Shown: positions 20,134-33,456, numbered from the stretch's first letter. The stretch: DNA of 64,000 bases from an uncultured Verrucomicrobiae bacterium (GCA_963815455.1 CAWFGO010000001.1:1248001-1312000); one strand, 5' to 3'. Numbers and translations are program-made. The notes: generated by a model from the sequence alone, not told the origin.

Positions 20134-23100
20134 CTAGGGAATCTTGGATTTTACCAGCGTAACATCGGAGGCGTTAACGACCCCGTTAGCATTCACGTCG
20201 GTGCGGAAGTTGGATCCATCGATGGCCTCTCCCAGCTGAGATTTCACCATGGTCACGTCGGACGAATTGACCACGTCGTTGCCGGTCACATCGCCGATAC
20301 GGAGGTGCATTCGCACGCCTACGTCGCTGATGTTCGAGCCGTTATCGGTGTCGAACAACGCAACGGTGATCGTCTGCACGTCGGTTACGCCGCTAAGATT
20401 AATCGTTACGATGGTACTGGGCGATCCGTCGACGACGAGCGGGCTGCTAGTCACGCTGTCGACCATGCCGGTGCCCGAAGTCACCGCCGCGCCGCTAAAG
20501 GTGACCGTGTCTTCGAAAGTCAGCACGATCTTATAAAGATTAGTCGCTGCTCCGGTACCGCGGCTTTCAATGCCGACCGCGCCCATCAGTGGCAGAGAGA
20601 CATCGAAGTCACCTGCGCCCCCGTGAGTCTTGCGCGAAGCGGCCATGCTGGGATGAACGCCGGGCGCGAGCTCGATCGCGCCGATATCGCTCCCGTCACC
20701 GCCAGCGGCGTTCATGACGGCCGGATCATCAACCGGCCGAGCGAATCCGCGCTGGTCCTCGCCAGTGGCGGTGTAAGCCGGGCCGAACGGACCAATGTCC
20801 TTGCCCTGGTCAATCGCCGGGCTATTGACGAGCGGTGCGTGGGTGAATGTCGGGCCGCCATTGTACTTCAGCGGACCAAGCATCGGGTCGGTATTGATCT
20901 GATCACCGGTTCCAGTGAGGAATCCGCCAAAGTTGTCGCTGCTCAGGTTGAAGCCGAGCGAGCTGACCAGGCTGGTGCCGAGGGCGGAAATGTTCGTCCC
21001 CGAGGCACCGGTGTTGAAGATCGTGTTGCCGACGATCAACGACGCATCCTGGAGGAGGATTGCCGCGCCGCCAGGCGAGTTTTCGGTCAGGGTGCTGTTC
21101 GTGATCGTGACGTTGGCCGTACCGCTGGTGCCAATGGCATTCAGCGCACCACCGCTCGCAGCAGTGTTGCCGCTCAATGTGCTGTTGGTAATGGTCAGCG
21201 TCGCCGGATCCGCTACCGAACCCGGGGCGTCCACATTGGTGGCGTTGACCTGGGCCGCCCGGCTCATTCCGGCAATGGTGCATCCGGTCACGTGCGCGGT
21301 CGCCAACGGGCCGATGACTTCGACGCCATTAGCTCCTACGCCGCTGATCGCGCTACCTGTGACTTCAGCCGTGCTCGAGACATCGGCCGCGGCTGTGCGC
21401 GAATTTTGAACCTTCACTCCGGTCCCGGATTCGACGTTAATCGGCATTCCGTTAACTCTAACCGCGATGGCGTTGGCAGCGCCGGTATACGCGTTGCTGG
21501 TCAGATCAGTCGTACCCACCGGGTTGACCGTCAGGTTGTCGGTAAGATAAACGCCGGCAATCTTGGTCCCGCTCATCGCATTCGTATCATCCAAGGTGAT
21601 TACGTTGCTGGTCGACGTATTGGTCAATTCGATGCCATAGTCGGTGTCGTCGACCGAGTTGTTAGTCAGAGTCGGGCTCACGCCGTTCTGGACGGTCACG
21701 AACGACATGCCGAAGTTGTTTGGCACGGCGCCGGTCTCAGCGGTGACCGAGTTGTTATCGATCAATGCACTGGTGGCGCTATTGAAGTGCAGCCAGTAGA
21801 GAATGCCTCCGGCATAACTGTGGATCTCGTTCCCCGAGATCACCCAGCTGGCCGAACCTTCGCCCGCCGCCGGGGGAATCGCCGCCGAGAAGTTATTCGT
21901 GTGCACGCCAGTCCAGACGCGAGTCATCAGGTTATCAACGACATCCGCGTAGTAACCCGTGCGCAGCGAGACGGCATACCCGAAGTCATAGAAGCCGACA
22001 CTGTCGAACCAGTTCTCGGCTACCAGGTTGGCAAATGACAACCCATCGCCGCGGAAGCCAATGGCCACCCGGGTGATAATGTTGTCGCGGACAACGACGT
22101 GGTGGAAGGCGCCAACTGGCCGCACGCCGTAGCTGGCGTTGGTATCTTCGCCACTTTCCAGAGTTGTTCCGACAAAGCCCGGATCGTCGCCATCGATTTC
22201 GAACCCGTTAATCGTGACATTCGGCATCGAAACCGTGAACACCGCGGTCTGCGCCGCGCCAACTGTGCGCACATATGCCTCGGCCACTCGCGAACCGCTG
22301 CTGCCGGGGATTCCGGCGTTCGGTCCCATAATATTCAACTCCTTGTTCACGTTCGGATTTTCGAAGTAATTACCCGCGTAAACAATCACTGTGCCCGGAT
22401 TAGCGACGCCATTGATACCATCCTGGATCGTGGCAAAAGCGTCGTAACCGATTTCCGTCGCGGGCCCACCAGCATCGGGGTCGACTCCGTTAGGCAAGCC
22501 GGTCCAATCGTCGTCTACGTAGACAATCGCAGCCGGCGGCCGTGCTTCACGCGTTACTACAACCGTGTAGGTCTTGGTGGTCATCGGCGCATGGATGCCC
22601 ATCTCGTCCTGAGCGGATACAACCACCGTGATCGTGTTCATGCCCACGCTGAGATTGATCGGATCACTCGGGGTGCCCGATGCGACCGGCGTTCCGTTAA
22701 CCGTCACCGTTGCCGTCGGGTCCTGGACTGTCGGCGTGACGGTGGTGTTCATGGTCGAGAACGGCACTGTCAGCGTGTAATCGGTCGTGTCTGGATCGAA
22801 CGCGGGCATGATCGCGCCGGCGCTCAGGACCAGGTTCGACAAGTTTGCATTCGAGCTTGGGGCGCGGGTAACGACGACCGTGTAGGTCTTCATGTTGCCG
22901 GCCGGCGCGGTGACAACCGTCGTGATGGTGTTCATCCCAACGTTCAGCGGGATTGGGGCGCTTGCCATACCCGAGGCGACTGGATCGCCGTTGACCGTGA
23001 TCGTAGCATTCGCGTCCGCCGCAGTCGGCGTTTCTGTAATGCTCGTAGTCGAATTCGGGACGCTTGCTGTGTAGCTCGTTATTGCCGGATCGAAGTCCGG

Positions 23101-26100
23101 CGATAACATGCCGTCGCTCAATGTCAGGTTCGACAAATCCGCATTGGTGCTGGCCGCACGGGTGACCGTGACCGTGTAGGTCTTCATCGTAGTACCATCC
23201 TGGGCGGTGACGACCGTGGTAATGGCATTCGGACCCACCGCCAGCGGGATCGAGCCGCTTGGGGTGCCGGATACGACCGGGTTCCCGTTGACGGTTATGG
23301 TCGAGGTGGAGTCGGCCGAGGTTGGAGTTTCAGTAATGCTGGTCGTCGAATTCGGGACCATTGCCGTGTAGCTCGTTATTGCCGGATCGAAGTCCGGTGA
23401 CAACATGCCGTCGCTCAATGTCAGGTTCGAGAGATCGGCGTTGAAGGCCAGCGCCATACCTCCGAATTCATCCGCACCGACGTCAGGCGCAGTGCCTGTT
23501 CCGGCATAGCCCGGGTTGCCCTGACGGATGTCATTATCGTAGTCGTCTGTAATGCCCGCCACGTTAGCCGCCATGCTTTCCAAATGGGTCGCCGTCGCCG
23601 AATTGATGTGCAGGAAGGTTGGGTCCGAACCAGTTGTGCTAAGGAACGGCGGATTCTCCGTGAACGAGGCCGAATCGCGAGAAGCGACCCGAGCCCGGTA
23701 AGCCTGGATGGTCTGATCGGAATTGGTTCCGTCAAAGAAGACGAGGTGCGAAGCACTCGGCGTCCCGGCGTAGAAGTCGTTGTTATTGGAGGTCGGCCCG
23801 TAGTTGGTCAGAGTCGCATTGCTTCTGCGATAGGCTGCTGCTACGCCCGTGCCATTAGCAATGGAGTTGTTCACAACGACGTTGTTGCGCAGATTCAACG
23901 CCGCCGTTGTCGCCGTGCCGCTGGTGGTATGGAAGATCCCCGACGTCGAGAAGTTCGCTCCTCCCATCGCCGCGCTCAGATAAATCGTGTTATAAGACAC
24001 GTTGAGGGTCGACGTCGATGTTGTTGAGGTCAGGTTGATTCCTCTGATCGCATCCGTCGCACTGCTGGTAGACGGAGCCCTCAAATCTCCGATCAGATTG
24101 TCGTAGATATTGAACGTCGTCCCCGAGGAAACGAGAATTCCGTTCACCGTTGCGGTGGCGCCATTCGACTGTAGATCGTAGATCTTGTTCTTGAAGATAT
24201 TCTGGGTCGTCGCCCCGGTCATCTGAATGCCAGTCACCACCGCGGCAGCTCCCGTAGAGGAGAGCCCGCTCACGCTGTTGTTGAAGAAGTTCTGGTTCTG
24301 GCCATCGGAGAAGATGGCCGAGATGCTTCCGGCGCCGCTGATGTTGCTGATGGCATTCCCGCTCACGTTGTTAGCAGCGAACGTGTTGTCGCTAAATCCA
24401 ACGTATAGGATCGATGAAATCGCGCTCGTCCCGCCAGTAATATTGCTGAAGGTGTTGTTGGTAATCGTCTTTCTCGATCCCGGCGTGGTTCCATCGGCGC
24501 TTCTCCATCCGGCGATGCTGGTCGCCCCCGTGAAGGTCATGTTGGAGAAATTGTTCCCGGTGTTTGTCTCTGTGACTGTCGAACCCGACGATCCAAACGC
24601 GTTATAAAACAGCACGGTCCCGCCAACTCCAGTTTTGCTGTAGCCGGTCACAATCGAGTTGTTATTGACGTTGTGAGTCGAATTCGCCGCGTGAGTAACG
24701 CTGTTACCGATCATCGTCACGCTGCCGGTCGTATTCGCGGTAATGTTGGTGATGGTGTTGTTGTTAATGTTCGTCGAACCGGTGAACACCTGGTTGTTCA
24801 GGTAATTATGCGATCCCGACCCAGTGACGTTTTGCACAAAGCCCCTCACATCATTACCCGACATCGTTAGCGTCGCGGTTGCAGCTCCGGCGGCGTTAAC
24901 CAAACCGAAGAAGGCGCCGCTCGACGCCGCACTGTAGGTAAAGGAGTTCGACGTTGCGGTGCCGATGTGGTTGTTGTTCATGTTGATCGCAACACCCACT
25001 GTGGCGGCCTGCTGAACCAGACCCGCCGCCTGGCCTGACGATACGAGCGAGAACCGGCGGATATTATTTCCGTTCATGTTCACCGTCGCGGTCGCTGCAC
25101 CGGCCGTGTTGGTGATAGCGGAAATGCCGCCCGTCGTGGCCGCGGAGAACGTTGCAGCGTTGACCGTCTCAGTCCCGACATCGTTGTTGAGGATATTCAC
25201 CGTATTGACCACAGCGCCCTGATTGGTCACACCGACAAATCCACCAGTAGTGGCAGCGGAGGTATTGCCGCTGACCTCGTTGTTGTTCATGTTCAGGGTT
25301 CCGTAAGGACCGAGGTTGGCCACGCCGAAAATCGTGACCGCGCCCGCGGTCGTAACGGCATTGTTGACAGCCTTATTGCTGTTCAGATTCATCGTCACGT
25401 TGCTCATCGCCCCCGCAGTCGCCGCGGTAGTGATACACTGCATGCCTCCCGCGCCCGCCTGAGTGAACGTAACGGTATTATTGATGACGTTGTTGGTGAT
25501 CGCCCCGACTGGAACCGCGCCGTAGTCGGTCAGAATACCTCGCAATGCCGTAGCCGTATTGAGGCTCGCGCTGATGAACGAGTTATTCGACACGTTGTAG
25601 TTGTTCTCATTCAGAACATACGCGCCGCCGACGATCGTAGTCGGATAGCCCACGTATGCTGTCGCCGCCGGGAGCCCACCGTAATTACTAACGGCGTTGC
25701 CGGTTGCCACCGAGGGACTGTCGATGACGACTGGCCCACCGATATCGTTGCCGACGTCCATGTTGGCCGCTGTCGCCGAGCCGATAAAGATGATGCCGTG
25801 GGCAACATTACTGATCCCGTTGGTATAAACTTTGTTACCGCTAGCCGGACCAGTCGTGTTGTTCGTTACTTCTTCCGCTACCGTAATGTTGGTCGCGCTG
25901 TGACGATTGTTGCTGTAAACGCCGAAGGTGTTCCCGTAGATCTTGTTCAGCGAGATCGTGTTGTTCTGGATCGTGTTGTTCTGCGAACCTTGTGTCAAAG
26001 ACGCGTGAAGCAACGCAACGCCCCATTCGGTCATGTTGTTTGACGCCGGCGTTGTCACGGTGTTGGCCGGGTTTTCCTGCATCGTGAAGTTCTGCAGAGT

Positions 26101-29100
26101 GATCCAGTTGCCGCCGATCAGCTTGAAGATGGCGTCATTCAATGCGCCCGCTACAAGAACGGGCGAGGCAGTAATCGTGCTCGCGTTGCCCTGAATTGTG
26201 ATCGTGTTGGCCGCCGTCCCGCCCTGTTGGGTGATGGCGTAACCGCCGGCGGGAGCTGTTTCGTTTCCGTTCAGCGTAATCACCACTGGATCGGTAATTG
26301 TCGCGGCGTTCAATGCGGTGATCGCGTCGGCTAAACTCGCGTAATCCGGCGCCAGGCCCGAGGCGCCATTGGTTGTTACCGGTCCCGCACGGTGGACCGT
26401 GACCGTATAGGTCTTCATGGTCGTGGTGTCCGCAGCGGTAACAACGGTCGTAATTACGTTATCGCCCACGGCCAGAGCGATCGGATCGCTGGCGTTGCCG
26501 GACACAATCGGGCTGCCGTTAACAGTGATCGTCGCGCCTGCATCTTGCGCGGTCGGCGTAACCGTCGTGCTGGTCGTCGCGTTCGGTACGGTCAGCGTGT
26601 AGCTGATCGTGTCGGGGTCGAACACGGGCATGATCGCACCGGCGCTCAAGACCAAGTCCGATAGATTGGCGTTCGAACTAACCGCGGTCGCACGAGTGAC
26701 GTCAACCGTATAGGTCTTTGTCGTTTGCGGCGTGCGAATGCCCATCTCATCCTGGGCTGACACTACGATGCTGATCATGTTGCTGCCCACGGCGAGATTG
26801 ATCGGGTCGCTCGCCATGCCGGAAACGACCGGCATTCCATTAATCGTCACGGTGGCCGTCGGATCCTGCACGGTTGGAGTCACGGTAATGCTCGAGGTCG
26901 AGTTTGGTACGCTCGCCGCATAACTTGTGGTGTTTGGATCAAACGCCGGCACCAGGGTCCCATCACTCAGAACCAAACTCGAAAGGTTTGCATTCGAACT
27001 CGGCGCGCGCGTGACGGTGACCGTGTAAACTTTCATCGTCGTCGTGTCCTGCGCCGTCACTTTTACGTCCACGGTGTTCATCCCGACGTTCAAAGCGAGT
27101 GCGCCGCTGGTTCCACCGGAGGGGACCGGACTGTACATCCCGCCGTTCACCCGAACCTGAATCGTGGCGTTTGGATCAGCCGCAGTGGGCGTAACCGTCG
27201 TACTCGTCGTGGCATTAGGCACGCTTAGTGTGTAGCTGGTCGTGGCCGGATCGAACGGGGGCGAGAAGGCGCCTGCGCTCAACATCAGGTCGGAGAGGTC
27301 GGCGTTCGCGCTCGCGAGCCGGGTGACGACCACTGTGTAGGTATTCGGTGTCCCCGCATTGGGCTGATCGGCCGAGAACGGTCCGAACTCAGGCGTCACC
27401 ACCACGGTGACGGTATTCATGCCCACATTGAGCGGAATAGGATCGCTGGCCATCCCCGAGGGCACGGGATTGCCGTTGACTGTGACTGAAGCGTTCGAAT
27501 CCTGGACTGTCGGGGTGAATGTGATGCTGTTGGTCGCATTCGATACTGTCTCCGTGTAGCTGGTTATGTCAGGATCGAATGTCTCGTTAAGCGAGCCCAT
27601 TCCGGGCACCAGGTTGGAAAGCTTGTTCGACGCAATTTCGTCCGCGCCTATATCCGGCTTCATTGCGCTGCGGCTATTGCCATCGATGTCAGTCGTGACA
27701 GAGCCGATTGGCGTGCCCGCGTTGGCGGCAGCTACACTATGTGAACTCAAGTGTAGGTCTGTATTGCTTACAAATGGCGCCGCTGTCGTAGTTGCAAGTG
27801 AAGCGTTATCGTTGGTGCCTGCGGCGGAAAGAGTGCTGGAATAGCTGCGGAAGTTGGTCGGGGGCACTACGGCGCCAGGGTTGAAGTTAACCGCGGCGAA
27901 ATCTCCCGACCCGCTCGTGGTGCCTACAACAGCCATTCTGCAGTTCGCGTCGGTCCCTTCGTAATACGCATTATTATTGAGGGTAAGGTTCATTGCGCTC
28001 GTTCCACTCGACGGCAGATTAATTGCAACAAACCTGGTATTACCGCCGCTGGCTCCACCGGTCATTTGGTTCGACAGAACGTTGTCCCGAACATCGCAGC
28101 CGGTCACGGACGTGGCGCTAACCGCCAGGGCTATTGTCATGTTGGTGCTGACCGTACCACCCATGGCTCCGTAAAGATGGACAGAATTACTGTGGACCTG
28201 GTGCCCGGTCCCAGCGTTTAGCCGGATCCCTGATGCACCAAAGCTTGGCCCGAATGCACCTGTTCCTGCGGTTTGATCGTTCTTAACGTTCGCTACGAAA
28301 TTATTGCGAACGATATTGTTGTTGCCGCCGTTGAGGTTGATGCCGACCGCGGGCCAGCTGGCCGTGTTCGTATTGAGGATATTTTGAACATTGTTCTTTT
28401 CAATGGTGATGCCGCCGGTCGTGCCGCTTACCGAAATTCCGCACACCAAAGAGGTCGAACTACTGCCGCCGGACGACATGTTCATCACGGAATTTCCGCT
28501 GATAATGTCGGCGGAATTTGCAATCGTTGACGTGACGTTGATGCCGACGGGCGAAACTGTGCTGGTGCCCGTGTAATTCAACGCCGAGAGGGTGTTCCCC
28601 GATACCGTCGCGTTAATTGTCCCCGTTGCCAGCCAGATCCCAACATCGTTTTCGGCGGTCGCCGCCTCGAAATTGCCGACAGTGTTGTTGCTGACGGTAG
28701 CTCCATTCACGCCCTGCATGTACAGACCGACGTTCCGAATGGCATTCGCGCCGCTCGTATTAAGCGTATTCTGCGTGTAGACAAGATTCGATCCGCCTTG
28801 CGGGGTCGTGCCGCCGGTGGCAAAGACGCCAACGAACGCTTTTTGAACGTCGTTGTTCTGAATCGTGATGTTGGAGAAGAACCCGGCATTTCCCAGGGTC
28901 GTGCCATCCGAAATGACGACGGCGGAGCTCGTCTGCGCCCCGTTGACGATGATGCAATTCTTAAGGGTATCGTCCGTGACTGGCGTTGTCCCGGTTGACC
29001 CGAACAACACAACGCTCGGAGAAGTTGTATTGGTGTTCGTAATCGTGAGGCTGCGGTCTGATCCGCCAACCATGTTAGATCCGTCTATGGTGCAATAACT

Positions 29101-32100
29101 GGCTTTGATCGTAATTAGGGCCCCGCTCGCCACAGAGCCGGTGATCGTCGCAACGACGCCTGGAGCCGGCTTGATCGTAATCGTATTGGCCGCGCTCGAC
29201 CCGGGATTAGCGTTGATCGTAAGCGGGAACGAAACAATCGTCTCTCCCGCGCCGCCTGAATAGCTGGTGTCGGTCAAAATGAAGGTAACCGGTCCGGTCA
29301 TCACTTTGCTGTTCAAGTCAGTGATGGCTGCGGTCAGATCAGCATAAGTCTGTCCGGTGCCGACGTTGAACGAGCCCATGATTGTCCCCAGGATTGTATA
29401 ACTGTTAGGGGTTGTCGGCGGCGTTGACGCGGCCGGCGGATTCGCCGTGAATCCGGATGCACCTGCCGACGGGTTTGATCCCACGTTCGGCGTGCCAGCG
29501 CTGTCTTGGGCAACGACATAGTAGAATACCATGTCGCCAGTCGTCACACCTGAGCCGAAAGTAAATTGATACTGATTGCCGCCGAGCGAGGTCGCTACGG
29601 CTGAATTGTAACTGCCACCATTGATCCTCCAATAAAGGACCGGCAACCCTGCGCCTGAGGTCGGCACGCCGGAAGCGTCGGTAATTGTTGCGGTCAACAT
29701 CCGAGCGCCCGTGCTTGCGGTGTTACCAAACGGCGTATACGAAATTGCCGGCGGACTCAAGTCCAATAGGATTCCAGCGAATTCGTCCGCGCCAACATCC
29801 GGTGTGCTGGCGTTGCGCGTGTCACCGTCAAAGTCATCCGTAATCCCCGCGATTGGGGCAGCGCCGCTTTCCAGCTGCGTAGGAACAGTTGTATTGATGT
29901 GCAGGAAGTTCGCGCTCGAGCCGGTTGTGCTTAAGAACGGCGGATTCTCGCTAAAGGATGCCGAGTCCCTGGGGGCAATGGTTCCCGCAGTGAACACTCC
30001 GTTTTTATAATCGGTGATCGATTGCCCGGTGCTTGTGCCATCAAAGTAAACAACGTTGGTTGCACTGGGTGTTCCCGCGTAAAAATCATTATTGTTGGAA
30101 GTGCTCCCGTAGTTCGCAAGAGTGCCGGCCGTTCCTGCGCTGCGGCGATAAGCAACTGTCAGCCCGGCCCCATTTTGGACCGAAGTGTTGACAATGATGT
30201 TGTTTCTTAGGTTGAGCGTTGAGGTTGTTGCCGTCGAGCTCGCCAGGGTTGAGATACCCGACGAACCAAACCCGGCGCCCGAGGTCGTGTTATTAACGTA
30301 TACCGTGTTGTAATACACGTTGTAGTTCGACGTGCTCGCCGAGCCGGTGATGTTTATCCCAATGACCGCATTCGATCCGGTCGCGGCTGGCGCGGTCAAA
30401 TTACCTATCAGATTATTGGCAAGCGTCACCGTGCTCGAAGCGGTTGAGTTCGTGATGGCAACACCGCTGACTACAGATCCGGCCACGAGTACCGCTAAGA
30501 TCGTAGATCTTGTTCTTCGAAAGAACGGCACCCGGCGCGGCGGTCGAAATGCCGATCACACTTGTCCCGCCCGAAATGATCGGATCGATGGTGTTTCCTG
30601 AAACGGTTATGGTCGCGGCATTTGATGATCCTATCAGCAAAGCCGTGATGGAGTTGCCGGTGGTGATGCCCGTGATCGTGTTATTGTTTACGGTTGTGCC
30701 GGCGCCGCTGAAGTTGACACTCATCGGCACGACCGTTCCCGCGCCGGTGGTAATGTTACTAAACGTGTTTCCGTTAATGGTCTTAACCGGCGCGCCGCCG
30801 TCAGTGTTAAGGATACCATTAAAAGCCGAAGCGCCGGTCAGGGTGATGTTTGAAAAATTGTTGTTGCTATTCACCATCGTGGATCCGGCCACAGATGAGG
30901 CGTTGGTCGAATAAACCGTGGTCGTCCCGGCACCCGTCCGGGTAAAACCCGTAACGATTGAATTTCCGCTGAGGGACATTGACGCGCCGGAGATCAACGA
31001 CGGGGCAAACGAAAAGAAAGTTATCGCGCCGGTCGTGTTCACCGACATGTTGGTGAACGTGTTGTTGTTAATATTTTGAACCAGCGGATTGCCGCCTTGG
31101 GAAATGAAAGTGATCGTCCCCGACGCGGCTACCGTATGACCGAAGGTATTGAAATCGTTGTTGTTAATACTGTTGGTAGTAGTCGCATTGACACTGGTGC
31201 TCGGCATGGTGATACCGACGATGGCGCCCGCTGCCACGGCGCTACGCAAAGAGATACTGTTGTTATTGATCGTCTGAGTGAGCGTACCCGTCGGCGCAAC
31301 ACTCGATGCCGGTATTTGAATACCGTTCAATGTTCCGGAGGTCATGCCGCCGTTGGAACTGTTCACCGTATTGCGTGAAATATTGAAGTTCTTCGTGTTG
31401 CGAACGAGAATTCCGTTCACCGTACCGGAAACGTTGGCGTACCCAGAAAATGTCGCTGTCGTGCCGAAGTTGGTGATGCTGTTTCCGGTTGGCGCCGTCG
31501 TGCCGCCAATGTCGGCAGTCGTGTTTTGGTCAGCTGCTGCCGTTGGTCCGATGTGAACGATACCCATATTCACGTCGGTGATGTTATTGCCGTAAATTTT
31601 CAGGTTGTCATTGCCGCCGGCTGCGCCTGTGGCAGTAGCGGAAGTGGTGACTGCGGTCGCGCTGTGAGTGGAGTTGCTGTAAATGCCGAACGTATTCTGA
31701 TACGTACGGTCGAGATCGATCGTGTTGTTTTGAATCGTAATGTTCTGAGAGCCGTCAGTCGTGGTCACATAAAGCAGGGCCACGCCCCACTCGGTCATGT
31801 TGTTGGTTCCAGCCACCGTGATTGTGTTCGCCGGATTCTCCAACATTGTGAAGTTTTGGATGGTGACCCAGTCCGCGCCAATCAGTTTGAAGATGCCGTC
31901 ATTGAGAGCGCCGGAGGTTTGTGGAGTCGGCGCGGTGATGGTGTTGCCGCCGCCGTCGAAAACGATCGGGTTTGCCGCGCTTGCGCTGGTCAGCACTGCC
32001 GATCCCGCCCCGCCGATGACATAACCGCCCAAGGGAGCCGTTTCCGATATACCCAGGTTGAATGTCACGCCGCCCGCGCCGACGCCCTGTGCGTTCAGAT

Positions 32101-32299
32101 CCGCAATGGCTGCCGCAAGCGTGGCGTAATCGCCGGGAATATTCTTTGTGCCGGTGAGCTGGGCCGACGCCAGATCGCTCAGCAGGAGCGAACAAAAAAG
32201 AGCCGCGAAATAGATCGGGGCTCTTTGCGGAACGCGTTTTGTTAGGCGTGTGCGCGTGTTCGCGGCACAAGTCGTCTGAGGATTTGCTTTCGTTTTCAT
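20134..32299 (-). CDS. Giant secreted surface protein (~4054 aa after repairing a +1 frameshift near 30487): beta-helix blocks, 7 cadherin-like beta-sandwich repeats, choice-of-anchor-Q-like motif, C-terminal SRKTHG domain plus dockerin type I
   Basis: ORFs 30413-32479 and 20134-30531 join at KNKIYDLSGT/VAGSVVSG; start MKTK with hydrophobic signal ...LASA; NADLSNL..FDP..TSY repeats; DPMLGPL..NGGPT..H...SPAID..DQRG..DIGA; GDVTGNDVVNSSD...DVNANGVVNASD. Confidence 0.88.
22547..23442 (-). repeat. Three tandem cadherin-like beta-sandwich repeats (~99 aa each)
   Basis: 297-bp period; ~65-bp near-identical DNA at 23069 and 23366. Confidence 0.88.
26387..27630 (-). repeat. Four tandem cadherin-like beta-sandwich repeats
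   Basis: Repeated N(A)xLSxL.L..G...P.FDP.T.SY...TYTV.VTR. Confidence 0.88.
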
Positions 32300-32312
32300 G
32301 CGGAAGAGGAGC

Positions 32313-32502
32313 CTTTCTAAGGCTAGTGCGGTCGCCCCGGACGCACCGATTGTGCGCGTCCGCAACGTGGCGAGACGGAATGGATGGCTGCGGACTTCAG
32401 ATACTGTTGGCTTAATACAGGCCGGATATTTTGGTTCCAGCCGGGTATCTGTTGTGAGGCTTTGCCCGTAAAAGGTCAAGACAAAAGCAGCCGACTAACA
32501 AA
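32313..32502 (-). promoter_or_regulatory. Conserved promoter plus structured 5' leader, copy 1
   Basis: Alignable to 38879-39072; TTGACC -35-like box, two hairpins, invariant ATCTGAAGTCC and CTTAGAAAG on the sense strand. Confidence 0.75.
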
Positions 32503-32720
32503 GAAAAGGCGCAATAGAAATCTGTATTTCCCTGTGGCGATTATCGCCACACGACGCCGCGTTGGAGCCTCGGCAAGGGCGGAATTTTCCAAGTTAGCAT
32601 AGACCGCGGATTACGCGGATATCGCTGATGTTTACAGAAGGCAACCCTCCACGGCGGATAAACTGCGATAAATAAGGACTGGATTGTTCTGGAAAAAGCT
32701 TCTCGACCGAGTGACGAGTC

Positions 32721-32771
32721 TCGGAGGGACGTGCTTCCTCACGTCCAGGACGCGCAGAAGCGCGTCCCTCC
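32721..32771. repeat. REP-like element family C (CGGAGGGACGTG...GTCCCTCC)
   Basis: Related copies at 34628-34675 and 39324-39394. Confidence 0.75.
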
Positions 32772-32784
32772 AAGCCCTCAACTC

Positions 32785-33456
32785 TCAACTCTCAGCTCGC
32801 GCTGGGGCCGAATGGACCCAGGCAATCGCATACTGCAGCAGCGCAGCCGCGTCCGGAAGTTTCAGTTTCTCTTTGACCCGCGCCCGATAGGTGTCGACCG
32901 TGCTCGCGTCGATCCCCATCTCATCGGCAATCTGACGCGAATTGAACCCGCGCCCGATCAACCCGAACACCTGCAGTTCGCGATCAGTCAGAGATTCGAC
33001 CCCCGCGACGGTTTCACCCGGCCTCGAATGGACGATCCGCGCCGCGAGTCGCTGGGCCAGCGTCGGACTCAAGTACATCTCACCCGCAAGCACCGATCGA
33101 ATTGCCGTGACAATCATCTTGCTCGCTTCCTGCTTGTTCACGTAACCCAGCGCCCCGGCCTGAATCGCGCGCTCGGCCCAGACCGTTTCATCGAACATGC
33201 TAAGGACCAACACGGCCACGCCCCTGAAGGCTGACCGGATTTGCTTTATTAAATCCAGACCGCTGGAGTGTTTTAACCCAAGATCGACAATGGCCAGATC
33301 GGGCCTGGTCGAGCCGATCAATTCCAGCGCTTGAGGCGCATCGTCGGCCTGACCGCATACCGCCAGATCCTGTTCCTCGGCGATGAGCTCGGCCAATCGC
33401 TCGCGCACGACCGGATGATCGTCCACAAGGATAATTCGCGCCGGTTGTTGTTTCAC
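32785..33456 (-). CDS. NarL/FixJ family response regulator (REC plus LuxR HTH)
   Basis: LVDDHPVVR, AIVDL, GALGYVNK, LTDRELQVF...TVDTYRARVKEKL. Confidence 0.95.
   Translation of the reverse strand: MKQQPARIILVDDHPVVRERLAELIAEEQDLAVCGQADDAPQALELIGSTRPDLAIVDLGLKHSSGLDLIKQIRSAFRGVAVLVLSMFDETVWAERAIQAGALGYVNKQEASKMIVTAIRSVLAGEMYLSPTLAQRLAARIVHSRPGETVAGVESLTDRELQVFGLIGRGFNSRQIADEMGIDASTVDTYRARVKEKLKLPDAAALLQYAIAWVHSAPARAES

Noticed and set aside
20305..22038. 577-aa + strand ORF and other + strand ORFs inside the giant genes
   Set aside because: Antisense shadows from biased codon usage; Arg/Asp/Gly-rich with no motifs
22547..27630. Periodic repeats considered as CRISPR or a DGR template/variable pair
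   Set aside because: They are in-frame ~297-bp protein repeats; no spacers, cas genes, reverse transcriptase or adenine-specific mismatch pattern
30481..30496. Programmed frameshift or phase-variation tract
   Set aside because: No homopolymer, short tandem repeat or X XXY YYZ heptamer at the site
32313..32502. Leader as a c-di-GMP-I (GEMM) riboswitch because of GGCAAA
   Set aside because: GGCAAA falls in the promoter spacer; the GAAA tetraloop/receptor architecture is not present
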